From Pseudomonadota bacterium (lineage in GTDB: Bacteria > Pseudomonadota > Gammaproteobacteria > Pseudomonadales > Cellvibrionaceae), in assembly GCA_041179125.1 (NCBI GenBank), contig JBEGTZ010000037.1:1-44231 (forward strand): a stretch of DNA of 44,231 nucleotides, given 5' to 3'. Within the stretch, counting starts at the first letter, position 1. Each line of letters starts with the position of its first letter. A model generated the notes under the pieces. It had not been told where the DNA came from and searched no databases. It saw nothing but the letters and a program-made list of their open reading frames with translations. This document shows, one piece after another, positions 26,401-34,657 of the stretch. The position numbers and the translations under genes are program-made.

Positions 26401-28463
26401 ACCTCATTGGTAATGCGATTAAATTTACTTTGCAAGGGCATATCCGTATATCGGCCCATGAAGAAAATAACCATGTTTATGTCACAGTGGCCGATACGGG
26501 AATTGGTATCCCTGAGTCTGAATTGGTCAGTATTTTTGATTCTTTCTCCCAGGTAAAAGGTGATGCCACCCGTGAATTTGAAGGCACGGGCCTAGGGTTG
26601 GCGGTGACTAAAAACTTAGTTGAATTACACGGCGGCACGATTACGGTTAAATCGACTTTAGGTAAAGGCTCTGAATTTACCTTTAATTTACCTGTAGCCA
26701 TGAATGATTTGGAACAGGATGAATATCGCCCTAACGATTCCCGGTTACGCTCGGTTATTGAGGTGATGGCACCGGAAGCCTCGGTTGAAGCAGAAGTTAA
26801 TTATGAAGAATCTAAAGAGCTTAATGGTTTTAAACCGCACATTTTAATCGTTGATGACGATACGATTAACCGCCAAGTGTTAATTAGCCAGTTGGGTTCG
26901 GCGAGTTATCGCTTTAGTGAAGCCATTAATGGTGAAGACGCCATTAACGCTGTGATGCAAGATTTCTCGATTGATTTGGTGTTGTTGGATGTCATGATGC
27001 CCAAAATGACCGGGTACGATACCGCTCAGCGCATCCGTAAAATTCGCCAAAGACAAGATTTACCGATAATTTTCATCACCGCTAAACACTTCGCCACCGA
27101 TTTACTCACCGGTTTTGGCGTGGGTGGGAATGACTTTTTAACCAAGCCCGTCTCTAAACCCGAGTTACTTTCACGCGCTAAAACCCATTTGGATTTATCG
27201 CGCATTACCCGCAACTTGGAAAAAATCGTTGAGGAGCGTACCAATACTATTAAAGAAGCCAATCGGGCGCTTGAGACGATCAATAATATTGTGAATTTAA
27301 TTAATCAACAAACCACCATTGATGGTTTGGTTGAAATTATGTTGCAAGAATCGATTAGTTTGTTGGACACCACAGACTTAGGCGCTTTTTGGTTGCTGGA
27401 TGAAAACCTTAATGAGTTTAAATTAATTTCTGTACATAACCGCAATGATGGCATCTGTGAAATAAGAAGTGATATTGATGCCGTTGCGGTGGCGCGTTGT
27501 TGTGCGGCTGCGGATTTATTTGTGTTACAGGCCAGTGATTACCCTATTTTTATGACCCACTCCGGCACCATTGATGCGGCCTTGGTGGTGGCTATTCGAG
27601 TTGAAGGAAAATTAACGGCATTGTTGGCGTTGGTTAATCAGCAAGGCTCCGGTCAATTTGACCCTAAAATGTTACTGGCACTTGGTCGTTTGCAAATTCA
27701 CGCGGTTTCAGCGGTGTCTAAAGCGCGGATGCTTGAGGTGCTTAAAATACAAAATACGCGCTTGGAGCAAACCAGTTTTACCGATCAGCTAACAGGATTA
27801 AGTAATCGTCGCCATCTGATTAAAAATATTGATAGCGATTTAGTGCTTTGCGCACGCAAATATGAGTCGTCAAAAAACTCCGCACACAAGCCATTAAATT
27901 CCGATATGGTTTTTATGCTTATTGATATTGACCACTTTAAAATGGTTAATGACACCTATGGGCATAATGCTGGTGATATTTTGTTGCGGCAATTTTCTGG
28001 CCTGTTGAAATCGGTTTTTCGTGAAACCGATTATATTGTGCGCTGGGGCGGTGAGGAGTTTATGGTGGTGGTGCGTTTTTGTGAGCGTGAAGACGCCGCA
28101 TTACTGGCCGAGCGTTTCCGTTTGTTGGTGGAGCAAACCGCCTTTGATATTGGCAACGATTTGGTGTTGCATAAAACCTGTTCCATTGGATTTTCGTGTT
28201 TTCCTTTTTATCCAGGCATGGAAGAGGAAATCACCTGGGAGCAAGTGGCCGACATTGCAGATAAAGCACTTTATGCCGCCAAAAAGACCACGCGCAACGC
28301 GTGGGTGGGTGTTTGGGCGCGGCATTTAGGTGAGAATAAATTGCCCTACGCGCATCTTATCGGCTGTCCTGAATTGTTTGAACAGATGGAGGGTATTTGT
28401 GTGCAGGCGTCTATCCCTAAAGAGCAGCCGTTGATTTGGAATGAGTTGTGTGTGCCTAAATAA
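23487..28463 (+). CDS. Hybrid sensor: periplasmic double beta-propeller (Reg_prop repeats) + Y_Y_Y, TM, histidine kinase, receiver, GAF-like, GGDEF diguanylate cyclase
   Basis: 1658 aa. Signal/TM at the N-terminus and 14 'hW(V/I)GT..GL..(F/Y)' blade motifs. Y_Y_Y-type segment (YRFKMEGFDNDW...YRFMVVGSNNNG) and a TM (YAYCFYALMVIGLIYMF). H-box SHELRTPL (His codon 26055-26057); N/G boxes LIGNAIKFT, DTGIGI, GTGLGL. Receiver Asp in LLDVMMP (26988-26990). GGEEF at 28047-28061 with an RETD I-site 5 residues upstream. Confidence 0.9.
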   Translation: MLAKARHFLVLLLLILQLVGVRAQAAQYRFERLMTSDTVSVAATNAIYQDHQGFMWFAGSTGLARYDGNEFEIFQHDPKNPASLSANFIWDVIEDEDNLWVATHKGLNQFDRSSQKFTRYLSDPSNPGSLVHDDIARLYVDSKNRLWVGTRAGLDEYLSASHSFAHHSLPIPQSSGKDQKIITAIYEDQKKRLWVGVQGRGIFIRDENKKEFEVFSLPGTLNFDLLNATVRDVKQDKEGLLWLATDNGLLKIDEAKNTTVLYQHEENNKHSLRDNRLWKLMLDKEQNVWISSDQGGVAVYIRSADRFDRYEHDPYNADSVNSDKVRQIYQDRLGDYWVGLFPVGVDYINAEVANITIYRHQPDQPKGLPNDALLSMYPAFGNSVWIGSEAGLSLFDTAKKEFTNFSHDANNPKSISANAVLSMTKDIYGSYWFGTWSGGLNRFNEKDQTFERFMPQADNPNSLSSSYIWGLLGDKEGNLWIGTEAGSLDKYAISTGKFTHYVPNETDPKALSGRYIRAIVQDSDGDIWVGTLNGLNKFNPGDESFTRYQHDGNVSTSLPHNSVGYIFEDSNHHLWVATENGAAQFDKKTGVFTRYSVAQGLAHESVTAITEDTEGNIWFATLKGLSRFNPKTQAFRTFSKANGLAGNIMSKPVIYAAPDGLLLVGSTQGLAVFNPSNLLENALVPPVFLTGFKIFNKNVPIAPEGDLLNRHIHSVNKIHLNYHQTMFSLDFSALNFRNSKENQYRFKMEGFDNDWIDAGELRSATYTNLNPGDYRFMVVGSNNNGVWNQLGAAVDIRVSPPPWRTPYAYCFYALMVIGLIYMFVRSQRLKVQYEQEKVLQLQALNKLKDEFLANTSHELRTPLNGIIGIAEALVDDNGEELGARVLAQLQMIAQSGRRLSNLVNDILDFSRMRHKGFDLRLRSINVVNLTNSVVSMTLPLARKKNLQVFCELNENLSRVAADEERLEQILYNLIGNAIKFTLQGHIRISAHEENNHVYVTVADTGIGIPESELVSIFDSFSQVKGDATREFEGTGLGLAVTKNLVELHGGTITVKSTLGKGSEFTFNLPVAMNDLEQDEYRPNDSRLRSVIEVMAPEASVEAEVNYEESKELNGFKPHILIVDDDTINRQVLISQLGSASYRFSEAINGEDAINAVMQDFSIDLVLLDVMMPKMTGYDTAQRIRKIRQRQDLPIIFITAKHFATDLLTGFGVGGNDFLTKPVSKPELLSRAKTHLDLSRITRNLEKIVEERTNTIKEANRALETINNIVNLINQQTTIDGLVEIMLQESISLLDTTDLGAFWLLDENLNEFKLISVHNRNDGICEIRSDIDAVAVARCCAAADLFVLQASDYPIFMTHSGTIDAALVVAIRVEGKLTALLALVNQQGSGQFDPKMLLALGRLQIHAVSAVSKARMLEVLKIQNTRLEQTSFTDQLTGLSNRRHLIKNIDSDLVLCARKYESSKNSAHKPLNSDMVFMLIDIDHFKMVNDTYGHNAGDILLRQFSGLLKSVFRETDYIVRWGGEEFMVVVRFCEREDAALLAERFRLLVEQTAFDIGNDLVLHKTCSIGFSCFPFYPGMEEEITWEQVADIADKALYAAKKTTRNAWVGVWARHLGENKLPYAHLIGCPELFEQMEGICVQASIPKEQPLIWNELCVPK

Positions 28464-28482
28464 AAACAATTTATTCGGAAAT

Positions 28483-28510
28483 AAAAAAGCCCTCTTGCGA
28501 GGGCTTTTTT
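28483..28510. terminator. Bidirectional Rho-independent terminator between convergent genes
   Basis: AAAAAA-GCCCTC-ttgc-GAGGGC-TTTTTT. Perfect 6-bp GC-rich stem flanked by an A-run and a T-run. Confidence 0.85.
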
Positions 28511-28529
28511 ATTGGTGCAGTAAAAGGTT

Positions 28530-29531
28530 TTATTGAACCGCAGTGCCTGAGCCTACGGTGTAATCGCAGCCGATGGTTTCTTTGGACACCACTACATCAT
28601 CCAACGTAACTTCATTGGATGCGTTGCTGAAGCTCTGCCAGCCAAAAATAACTTCTTTAAATTTACCGCTCATCCAGGTGGCAGAAAGGCTACCGTTAGC
28701 CCAGTCACTGCCTGAAGTAATGGAATGCACCAGTGTGCCATTGGCATAAGCGTAAACAGAGTTGTAGGCCATATCGCCACGGAAGGCTACTTCAATGCAA
28801 TGCCAGGTGTTGGCAGCTAAAACAGGCCCTTTGCCCCATTGGTCCATTTTGGGTGCGATGTTATCGGTGGGTACTTCATTGGTGCCGATGACGCCTTTAA
28901 TCTCACCAAAACGAATTTCATTGTTGGCATCGCCCGATTTTGCGCGCACGCCCATGAGTGTTTCGTGGTTGGCACCGGGGTTTTGCCCCAGTTGACGCTT
29001 GGATTTAACCCAAGCGCGCATAAATACTTTGTTGGTTCCCGCCGGGAGCGCATGGGTGATCATAGAAGGATTTTGCCCGCCTTTAATTAATAACGCACGG
29101 TTGCCCACTTTGGCGCCGGAGACCACTGTGATGTATTTGGTGGCGTCGATATGGCTGGGGTTTTGTTGATATTCCACAAAATAATCCCAACCCTTAGGGA
29201 ATTTACCCAATTCGGCAAATTCAAAACTGTCTTCAAACAAAATGGCGCCAGCGTTACCGCCACCGGAGGTGCTGCTGGAGCTGGATGAACTGCTGGAGCT
29301 TGAGCTTGAGCTTGAAGAAGAGCTTGAAGAACTGCTGCTGCGGCCCGAAGACGAGCTGCTGGATGAGCTACTTGAACTGCTCGATGAGCTGCTGGAGGTG
29401 GAGGAAGAGCTGCTGGAGCTAGATGAGCTGCTTGAAGAACTTGAGCCTTCTGTGTTGCCGGTGCAGGCGCTGATGGCGGCGGCAAGTAAACATACGGAAA
29501 GGGTTTTTAAGCGATTGGTGTGTGCTGCCAT
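28530..29531 (-). CDS. Lipoprotein with ~60-residue poly-serine linker and C-terminal concanavalin/LamG-like jelly-roll domain (putative glycan-binding or -active protein)
   Basis: Start taken at MAAHTNRLKTLSVCLLAAAISAC (lipobox ISAC; ATG 29531). Three long Ser runs are encoded by mixed AGC/TCC/TCA/AGT/TCT codons. The C-terminal ~240 aa has a LamG-like pattern (...NTWHCIEVAF....VYAYANGTLV...). No recognisable GH/PL catalytic motif that I can name. Confidence 0.7.
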   Translation of the reverse strand: MAAHTNRLKTLSVCLLAAAISACTGNTEGSSSSSSSSSSSSSSSTSSSSSSSSSSSSSSSSSGRSSSSSSSSSSSSSSSSSSSSSSSTSGGGNAGAILFEDSFEFAELGKFPKGWDYFVEYQQNPSHIDATKYITVVSGAKVGNRALLIKGGQNPSMITHALPAGTNKVFMRAWVKSKRQLGQNPGANHETLMGVRAKSGDANNEIRFGEIKGVIGTNEVPTDNIAPKMDQWGKGPVLAANTWHCIEVAFRGDMAYNSVYAYANGTLVHSITSGSDWANGSLSATWMSGKFKEVIFGWQSFSNASNEVTLDDVVVSKETIGCDYTVGSGTAVQ

Positions 29532-29930
29532 TGGCGTAAAAAGAACAGGGGTTAAGCCGGAAGATGTGCGCATTTTAAATACCGTAAGTAAAATCACAGG
29601 GTTGATGAGAGGCTGTTTATGGATGGAGAACTAATAGTTCACTTTACCATTGGGCATTATTAAGTGGTGTGATTGTGTTTGCATTCACAGGCTTGGAATA
29701 AGCGTGCTTTGCTGTGGTTTTATCGGGGTTTTTAGTAAATCATGATTGCTGCTAAGGCTTGTCGGTGGAGCGTTTTTCATTTATTTGAACGTAGGGTAAT
29801 ACTTCGACAGAATTAAGGCTTACCCGCGCTGAGTTGTTAGTTCAAGAGTATTCCGTAGAGTATTTTTTGTTTTTCGATTCGAATTAATTTTTTAATTATT
29901 TGAAAATTTTAGGTGTTAGGTTGAATTGCT

Positions 29931-30012
29931 GTAACTATTCAGCACAATTTCCATTTGATTCACGTCATCCCCGCCTGCGCGGGGATGACGAAAAAATGTG
30001 CTGAATAGTTAC
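29931..30012. mobile_element. 82-bp MITE-like element with 16-bp perfect TIRs and 8-bp direct flanking duplication
   Basis: TIRs are GTAACTATTCAGCACA (29931-29946) and TGTGCTGAATAGTTAC (29997-30012). They are flanked by GAATTGCT at 29923-29930 and 30013-30020. Internal 12-bp-stem hairpin CGTCATCCCCGC-ctgc-GCGGGGATGACG (29963-29990). Confidence 0.6.
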
Positions 30013-30320
30013 GAATTGCTGCGGTTGTCCAATGATTGAATCTGTACGGTTTTTTATAAAAATTCGAGCACCCATTTGCGGGCTTTTGCGCTCGCCAAAT
30101 ATTTATAAAAAACCACGTATATAGCCTACGTTTTTGTCATCCTGGCAACGCATTCAACGCAGGGTTTGAAGTTCAAAAACATACAGCGATTTATGGGTGA
30201 AAATTCAAATCAAACGCTGTGCCGCCGCGCCTCAACGTGTACAATCGCCGCCCTTTTGCGCCGCGCCGCGCCACTACACGCCCGGCACTCACTTCCCCTT
30301 TATAGCAATGCTCACTCAAT

Positions 30321-33300
30321 ATGCGGCTAACCTGCATTCATATCACTGGCTTTAAGTCGTTTGCCGAGCCAACCGCGCTTAATTTCGCCAGTAATCGCAC
30401 GGCTATTGTGGGGCCGAACGGGTGTGGTAAATCGAATGTGATTGACGCTGTGCGTTGGGTGATGGGCGAGTCTTCGATAAAACATCTGCGTGGCGATACC
30501 ATGACGGATGTGATTTTTAACGGCTCAAAAAATAGACGCGCCCAGGGCGCAGCCAGTGTTGAGCTGGTGTTTGATAACACTGAGAGCCGGTTAACCGGCC
30601 AGTTTGCCGCGCTGGCTACGCTTGCGATTAAGCGCCGCCTTAGCCGCGATGGCGACAATCAATTTTTTATAAATGGTGAAAAATGCCGCCGCCGCGATGT
30701 GACTGATTTATTCAGCGGTACAGGGCTTGGCCCTCGCGCTTACGGCATTATCGAGCAGGGCACCATTGCGCGTTTGATCGATGCCAAGCCGGATGAGCTG
30801 CGCAGTTTTATTGAAGAAGCCGCAGGCATCACACTCTATAAAGACCGCAAACGCGAAACCGCACAGCGCATTGAGCGAAGCCGGGATAATCTCACACGTA
30901 TTAATGATATTGCTCAGGAGGTGCAGAAGCACATCGACAAGCTGGCGGAGCAAGCTCAAACAGCGGCACAGTTTCGTTTGTTAAAACAGCGTATTCGCGA
31001 AGCTCAAAGCCAACAAAAGGCGTTGCAATGGCAAAAATTGCAGGATGCACTGGCCGAATGTGAGCTGAAATTGCAGCAATTTGTACAGCAGCAGTTGGAG
31101 TTGCAGCAGGCGCAGAGCAGCATTCAACAGCAGCAGGAATACTTAGCGGCACAACAAACACACTGTCTTGAAGCGCAGGAGGGCGCAAGCGAACAGATGG
31201 TTCAGCTTAGCCAATCCATTGCCCAGCACCAAACCCACACGGCGCAGCAGCAGGCGCAGTACAGGCTTTGGCAGCAGCAGGAGGGCGAAATCGCCCAGGA
31301 GTTGTTGGCGCTTGCGCGGTTACAGGTTGAAAGCATGGAGGCGGCGCAGGCGCGTACACGGGCGCAGGTTGAATTCACTGAAAAACTACACCGCGCCCAG
31401 GCTGCTCAGGCCGAGTTATTAACGCAGCGCCAACAAGCCCAGGCACAACAAAAGCAGCTGGCGGAGGCACTCGCCAGGGCCGAGCAGGATATGCAGGCGG
31501 TAGCGCACAAACAACAGCTGCTTGATAGCCAACAGCAGGCATTAAACTCGCAAATTGAAACGGCGGCGGCTCAGCGGGCTGAACGCGAGCAAGCCGTACA
31601 AGCGCTTGAAGCCAGTAAGAATACGGCGGTTATGATGGATGGCGCTGCGGCTGTGGTAGATGGCGCTGCGGCAACATCACTAGACGCGCAATTAATGGCG
31701 GCGCAGCAGGCTTATGATGCGCAGTTGGCCGCTCTGCAACAGGCATGTTGTCAGCGGGCTTTTATCGCTGGGCGGTTAGGCTTGCTGGCGGGGCTGGACC
31801 CGAATGGCAACTTCGATAATGCCTCATGGCGTTTCGAGGCTGAAAGTCTTTGGCAAGATTCATGGCCGAATTTATGTAAAGACACCTGGGCCGCAGCGGA
31901 ACCTTGGTTGCACCCCTGGATAAGCGCGCGCATTTGGGCGGGCAGTTGGGAGCAGGCGAGCGCCGAAGTTCAAGCGCCCGCATTCCTCATGAAGCCGGAT
32001 GCAGACACCCAAGCTGTTACCCACTGGTTGAATTCCTGGCAGCCGGTTGCCGACCGCCCGGCGGCGTTGGCAGCGTTGCAGCATTCACCCCAGGGCGTAT
32101 TTTTCACGCCATTGGGTGAGGTATTTGCTCAGGATTGGCTGTATTTGCCTGCCCCAGGAGCAAGCCGCCTCAACCTTCAAGAGCGCCGCGCAGAATTAGC
32201 CGCGCTGACGGCAAGCATTACGCAGCAAACCTGCGCACTGCAAAAACTGCACACCCACAAAACCGTGCTGCAAGCACAGCACACGCAGCTTTGGCACCAG
32301 CAGATGGCGCAGGATTATCAACAAGTAAGCCTGGCAAGCGCACAGAATGAATACACGCTGGCCGAAAACCACTGGCAGCAATTAAACCAAACGATGCAAA
32401 CCCTAACCGCGCAACATCTGCCGTTGGAGCAGGCGCATAGCGAACTGAATTCATTAATCACCCGCCTGAACGCGCAAATCCACGCCGTCTGCGCGCCGTT
32501 GGAACACTGGGCTGCGCAGGAGCAAGCGCTCAACACCCGTATCGAGTCGCTTCAAACCAATATTCAGCGCGAGCACGCCTGTGATCTTGCGGCGCAGCCT
32601 GTGGCGCAGCGCTTAACCGATCAACAGCAGCGCTTGCAGCTAAAACAAAACGAACTGCACGCAAAAATCGCCCAAGGGCAAGCGTTGAATGAACCGCAAA
32701 ACGCGCTACAGGCGCAGTTGGAACAGGCGCAAACACAATTGGCCGCGTTAAAAACGCACTACAGCCAAACGGAAAAACAGCTTAAAAACCTACACAGCGA
32801 GGATAAATCCCTGCGCGGGCGTCAAGAACAACTGCGTGTAGACTGGGAAACCGCCAAACTTCAAACCCAAGCGCTGCGCATCGAGCAGCAGGGTTTGCTG
32901 GGCGAATCATTTGACATCACCGCAGCCTTAGCTATGCTCCCTGCGCAAATTGACGGCGAACAACTCAGCGCGGCACTTATTGCCGATAAAACTGAACTTG
33001 AAGCCCTCGGGCCTGTTAATCTTGCCGCCCTGGAAGAGTACGAACAGGCCCGCGAGCGAGCACGCTACTTGCAACAACAGCAAACAGATTTGCATCAAGC
33101 ACTTGAATGCTTGGAAAATGCCATCAAACAGATCGACCGTGAAACCCGTCAACGTTTTAAGCAAACCTTTGATGCGGCCAACGAAGGCCTGAGGGAATTA
33201 TTTAGGAGGAAATGCCTATTTAGAATTAACCGGTGAAGATCTTTTATCCGCAGGCGTCGCCATCATGGCCCAGCCACCCGGCAAAAAGAACAGCACCATA

Positions 33301-33606
33301 CATTTATTATCCGGTGGCGAAAAAGCACTCACAGCCCTGGCGCTGGTCTTTGCGCTGTTTCGCCTCAACCCTGCACCTTTTTGTCTCCTCGATGAAGTAG
33401 ACGCCCCTTTGGACGATGCCAACGTGGGGCGTTTTGCCCGTTTAGTTGAGACTATGGCGCAGCAAGTACAATTTATTTTTATCACCCATAACAAAATAGC
33501 GATGGAGATGGCCGAACACCTTTTGGGTGTGACCATGCAAGAGGCCGGGGTTTCCCGTGTGGTCAGCGTCGATATCGCTTATGCGGCTGAATTAGCCGCC
33601 GATTGA
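30321..33606 (+). pseudogene. smc: Chromosome partition protein SMC, reading frame interrupted near the C-terminal head (+1 shift needed at ~33204)
   Basis: N-terminal head with Walker A GPNGCGKSN, long Q/A/L/E-rich coiled coils and a divergent hinge. The frame-3 ORF ends at 33236 (..[15 protein letters not shown]). Frame 1 from 33205 reads [44 protein letters not shown]...[10 protein letters not shown]...ITHNK, the canonical signature/Walker B/D-loop region. Confidence 0.85.
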
Positions 33607-33620
33607 GGAAAAATAGAAGA

Positions 33621-34589
33621 ATGCGTGAATGGCTTATTGTAATTAGTGTTTTATTAATCGCTGGAATATTGTTGGACGGCTGGCGCCGTATGCGCACGCC
33701 GCGTATAAAAATGGCGCGACAAGAAATAGATGCCAACGATTCCCTGAATTTAACCGAAGACCCACCACTGACCAGTGAATTCCCAAGCGGTGGCGCACGT
33801 ATAGCGGCGGTGCGTAACGATAACGACGCAGAACACATCCTGCACAATGTGCGGCAAAAACATGTGCAGTCGAAAAAAACACTGGGCGCACGGCGCGAAG
33901 GTTCCGAGTGTGAAATCATTGAAAAAGTACCCCAAACCACTCAGCGCGACCCGCTGCCGAATTTAATCACCGCATTTTCAAAACGTACACAAGCCCCTTC
34001 GCCCAGTGCGCCCATCCCAAGCCCAGATTTAAAAAAACTCGATGCCGAATTAGACGACTTATTCCCCGAGAGCAAAAATGTTGTAGTAAAACCAGAAGAA
34101 AAACTGCCCAGCAAATCGAAAACACCCCCGATAGCGCAGCCACCTGCCGAGCCGCAAGAAGTGTTGGTGATGCACATCATGGCGCCGCGCGGCGGCAATT
34201 TTTTGGGCGAGGAATTATTGCCACTATTAATGCAATTACATCTGCGTTTTGGTGCGATGGATATATTTCATCGCCACGTCCATGAAGACGGAACCGGCCC
34301 AATATTATTTAGCCTTGCCAATATGGTTAAACCGGGCACCTTTGAATTATCCAGCATGAATGATTTTGAATCGCCGGGTTTAAGTTTATTTATCACTCTG
34401 CCCTGTGGCGAAGAAGCCATGCACGCCTTTGCGCTCATGGCACAAGCGGCAAAAGTGATTACACAAGGCTTAGGCGGTGAATTAAAAGACGAAGCGCGCA
34501 ACAATATGACGCAACAAATATTCGAGCACTATAAAGAGCGTGTATCGGAATTTGAGCGTAAATCACGGCTGCGGAAAGCCAGTTTTTAA
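33621..34589 (+). CDS. zipA: Cell division protein ZipA
   Basis: ATG 33621 (MREWLIVISVLLIAGILLDGWRR = N-terminal TM). P/Q/S-rich linker. C-terminal FtsZ-binding-type domain (VLVMHIMAPRG..F.G..LL..). Lies between smc and ligA, as in Pseudomonas-type gammaproteobacteria. Confidence 0.85.
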   Translation: MREWLIVISVLLIAGILLDGWRRMRTPRIKMARQEIDANDSLNLTEDPPLTSEFPSGGARIAAVRNDNDAEHILHNVRQKHVQSKKTLGARREGSECEIIEKVPQTTQRDPLPNLITAFSKRTQAPSPSAPIPSPDLKKLDAELDDLFPESKNVVVKPEEKLPSKSKTPPIAQPPAEPQEVLVMHIMAPRGGNFLGEELLPLLMQLHLRFGAMDIFHRHVHEDGTGPILFSLANMVKPGTFELSSMNDFESPGLSLFITLPCGEEAMHAFALMAQAAKVITQGLGGELKDEARNNMTQQIFEHYKERVSEFERKSRLRKASF

Positions 34590-34657
34590 TTTTGATCGTA
34601 TCTTCAATAAAAATTGTAACTGCTCAGCCTGCTTTATATTTTCGTGCGTTATTCCTG

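Noticed and set aside
29087-29634. ORFs 29242-29634 (+, 'ELLELDELLELELE...') and 29087-29485 (-, Pro/Ala-rich) overlapping the poly-serine region
   Set aside because: These are alternative-frame or antisense readings of the Ser-codon tract (AGC/TCC read as GCT/GAG/CTG etc.). They are low-complexity artefacts with no start context. The lipoprotein frame, with its signal peptide and folded C-terminal domain, explains the region.
29963-29990. CGTCATCCCCGC-ctgc-GCGGGGATGACG resembles a type I-E CRISPR repeat stem-loop, or a terminator
   Set aside because: It is a single copy with no spacer-repeat periodicity and no cas genes in the window, so it is not a CRISPR array. It is followed by an A-run on the plus strand and preceded by the T-run on the minus strand, so it does not work as an intrinsic terminator in either direction. 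It is better explained as the core of the 82-bp MITE.
30338-33192. Sixteen off-frame or antisense ORFs of 60-106 aa inside smc
   Set aside because: They are shadow ORFs produced by the GC-rich, stop-poor GCG/CAG codon composition of the coiled-coil region. Their sequences are Arg/Ala/Pro-rich nonsense and lack RBS context.
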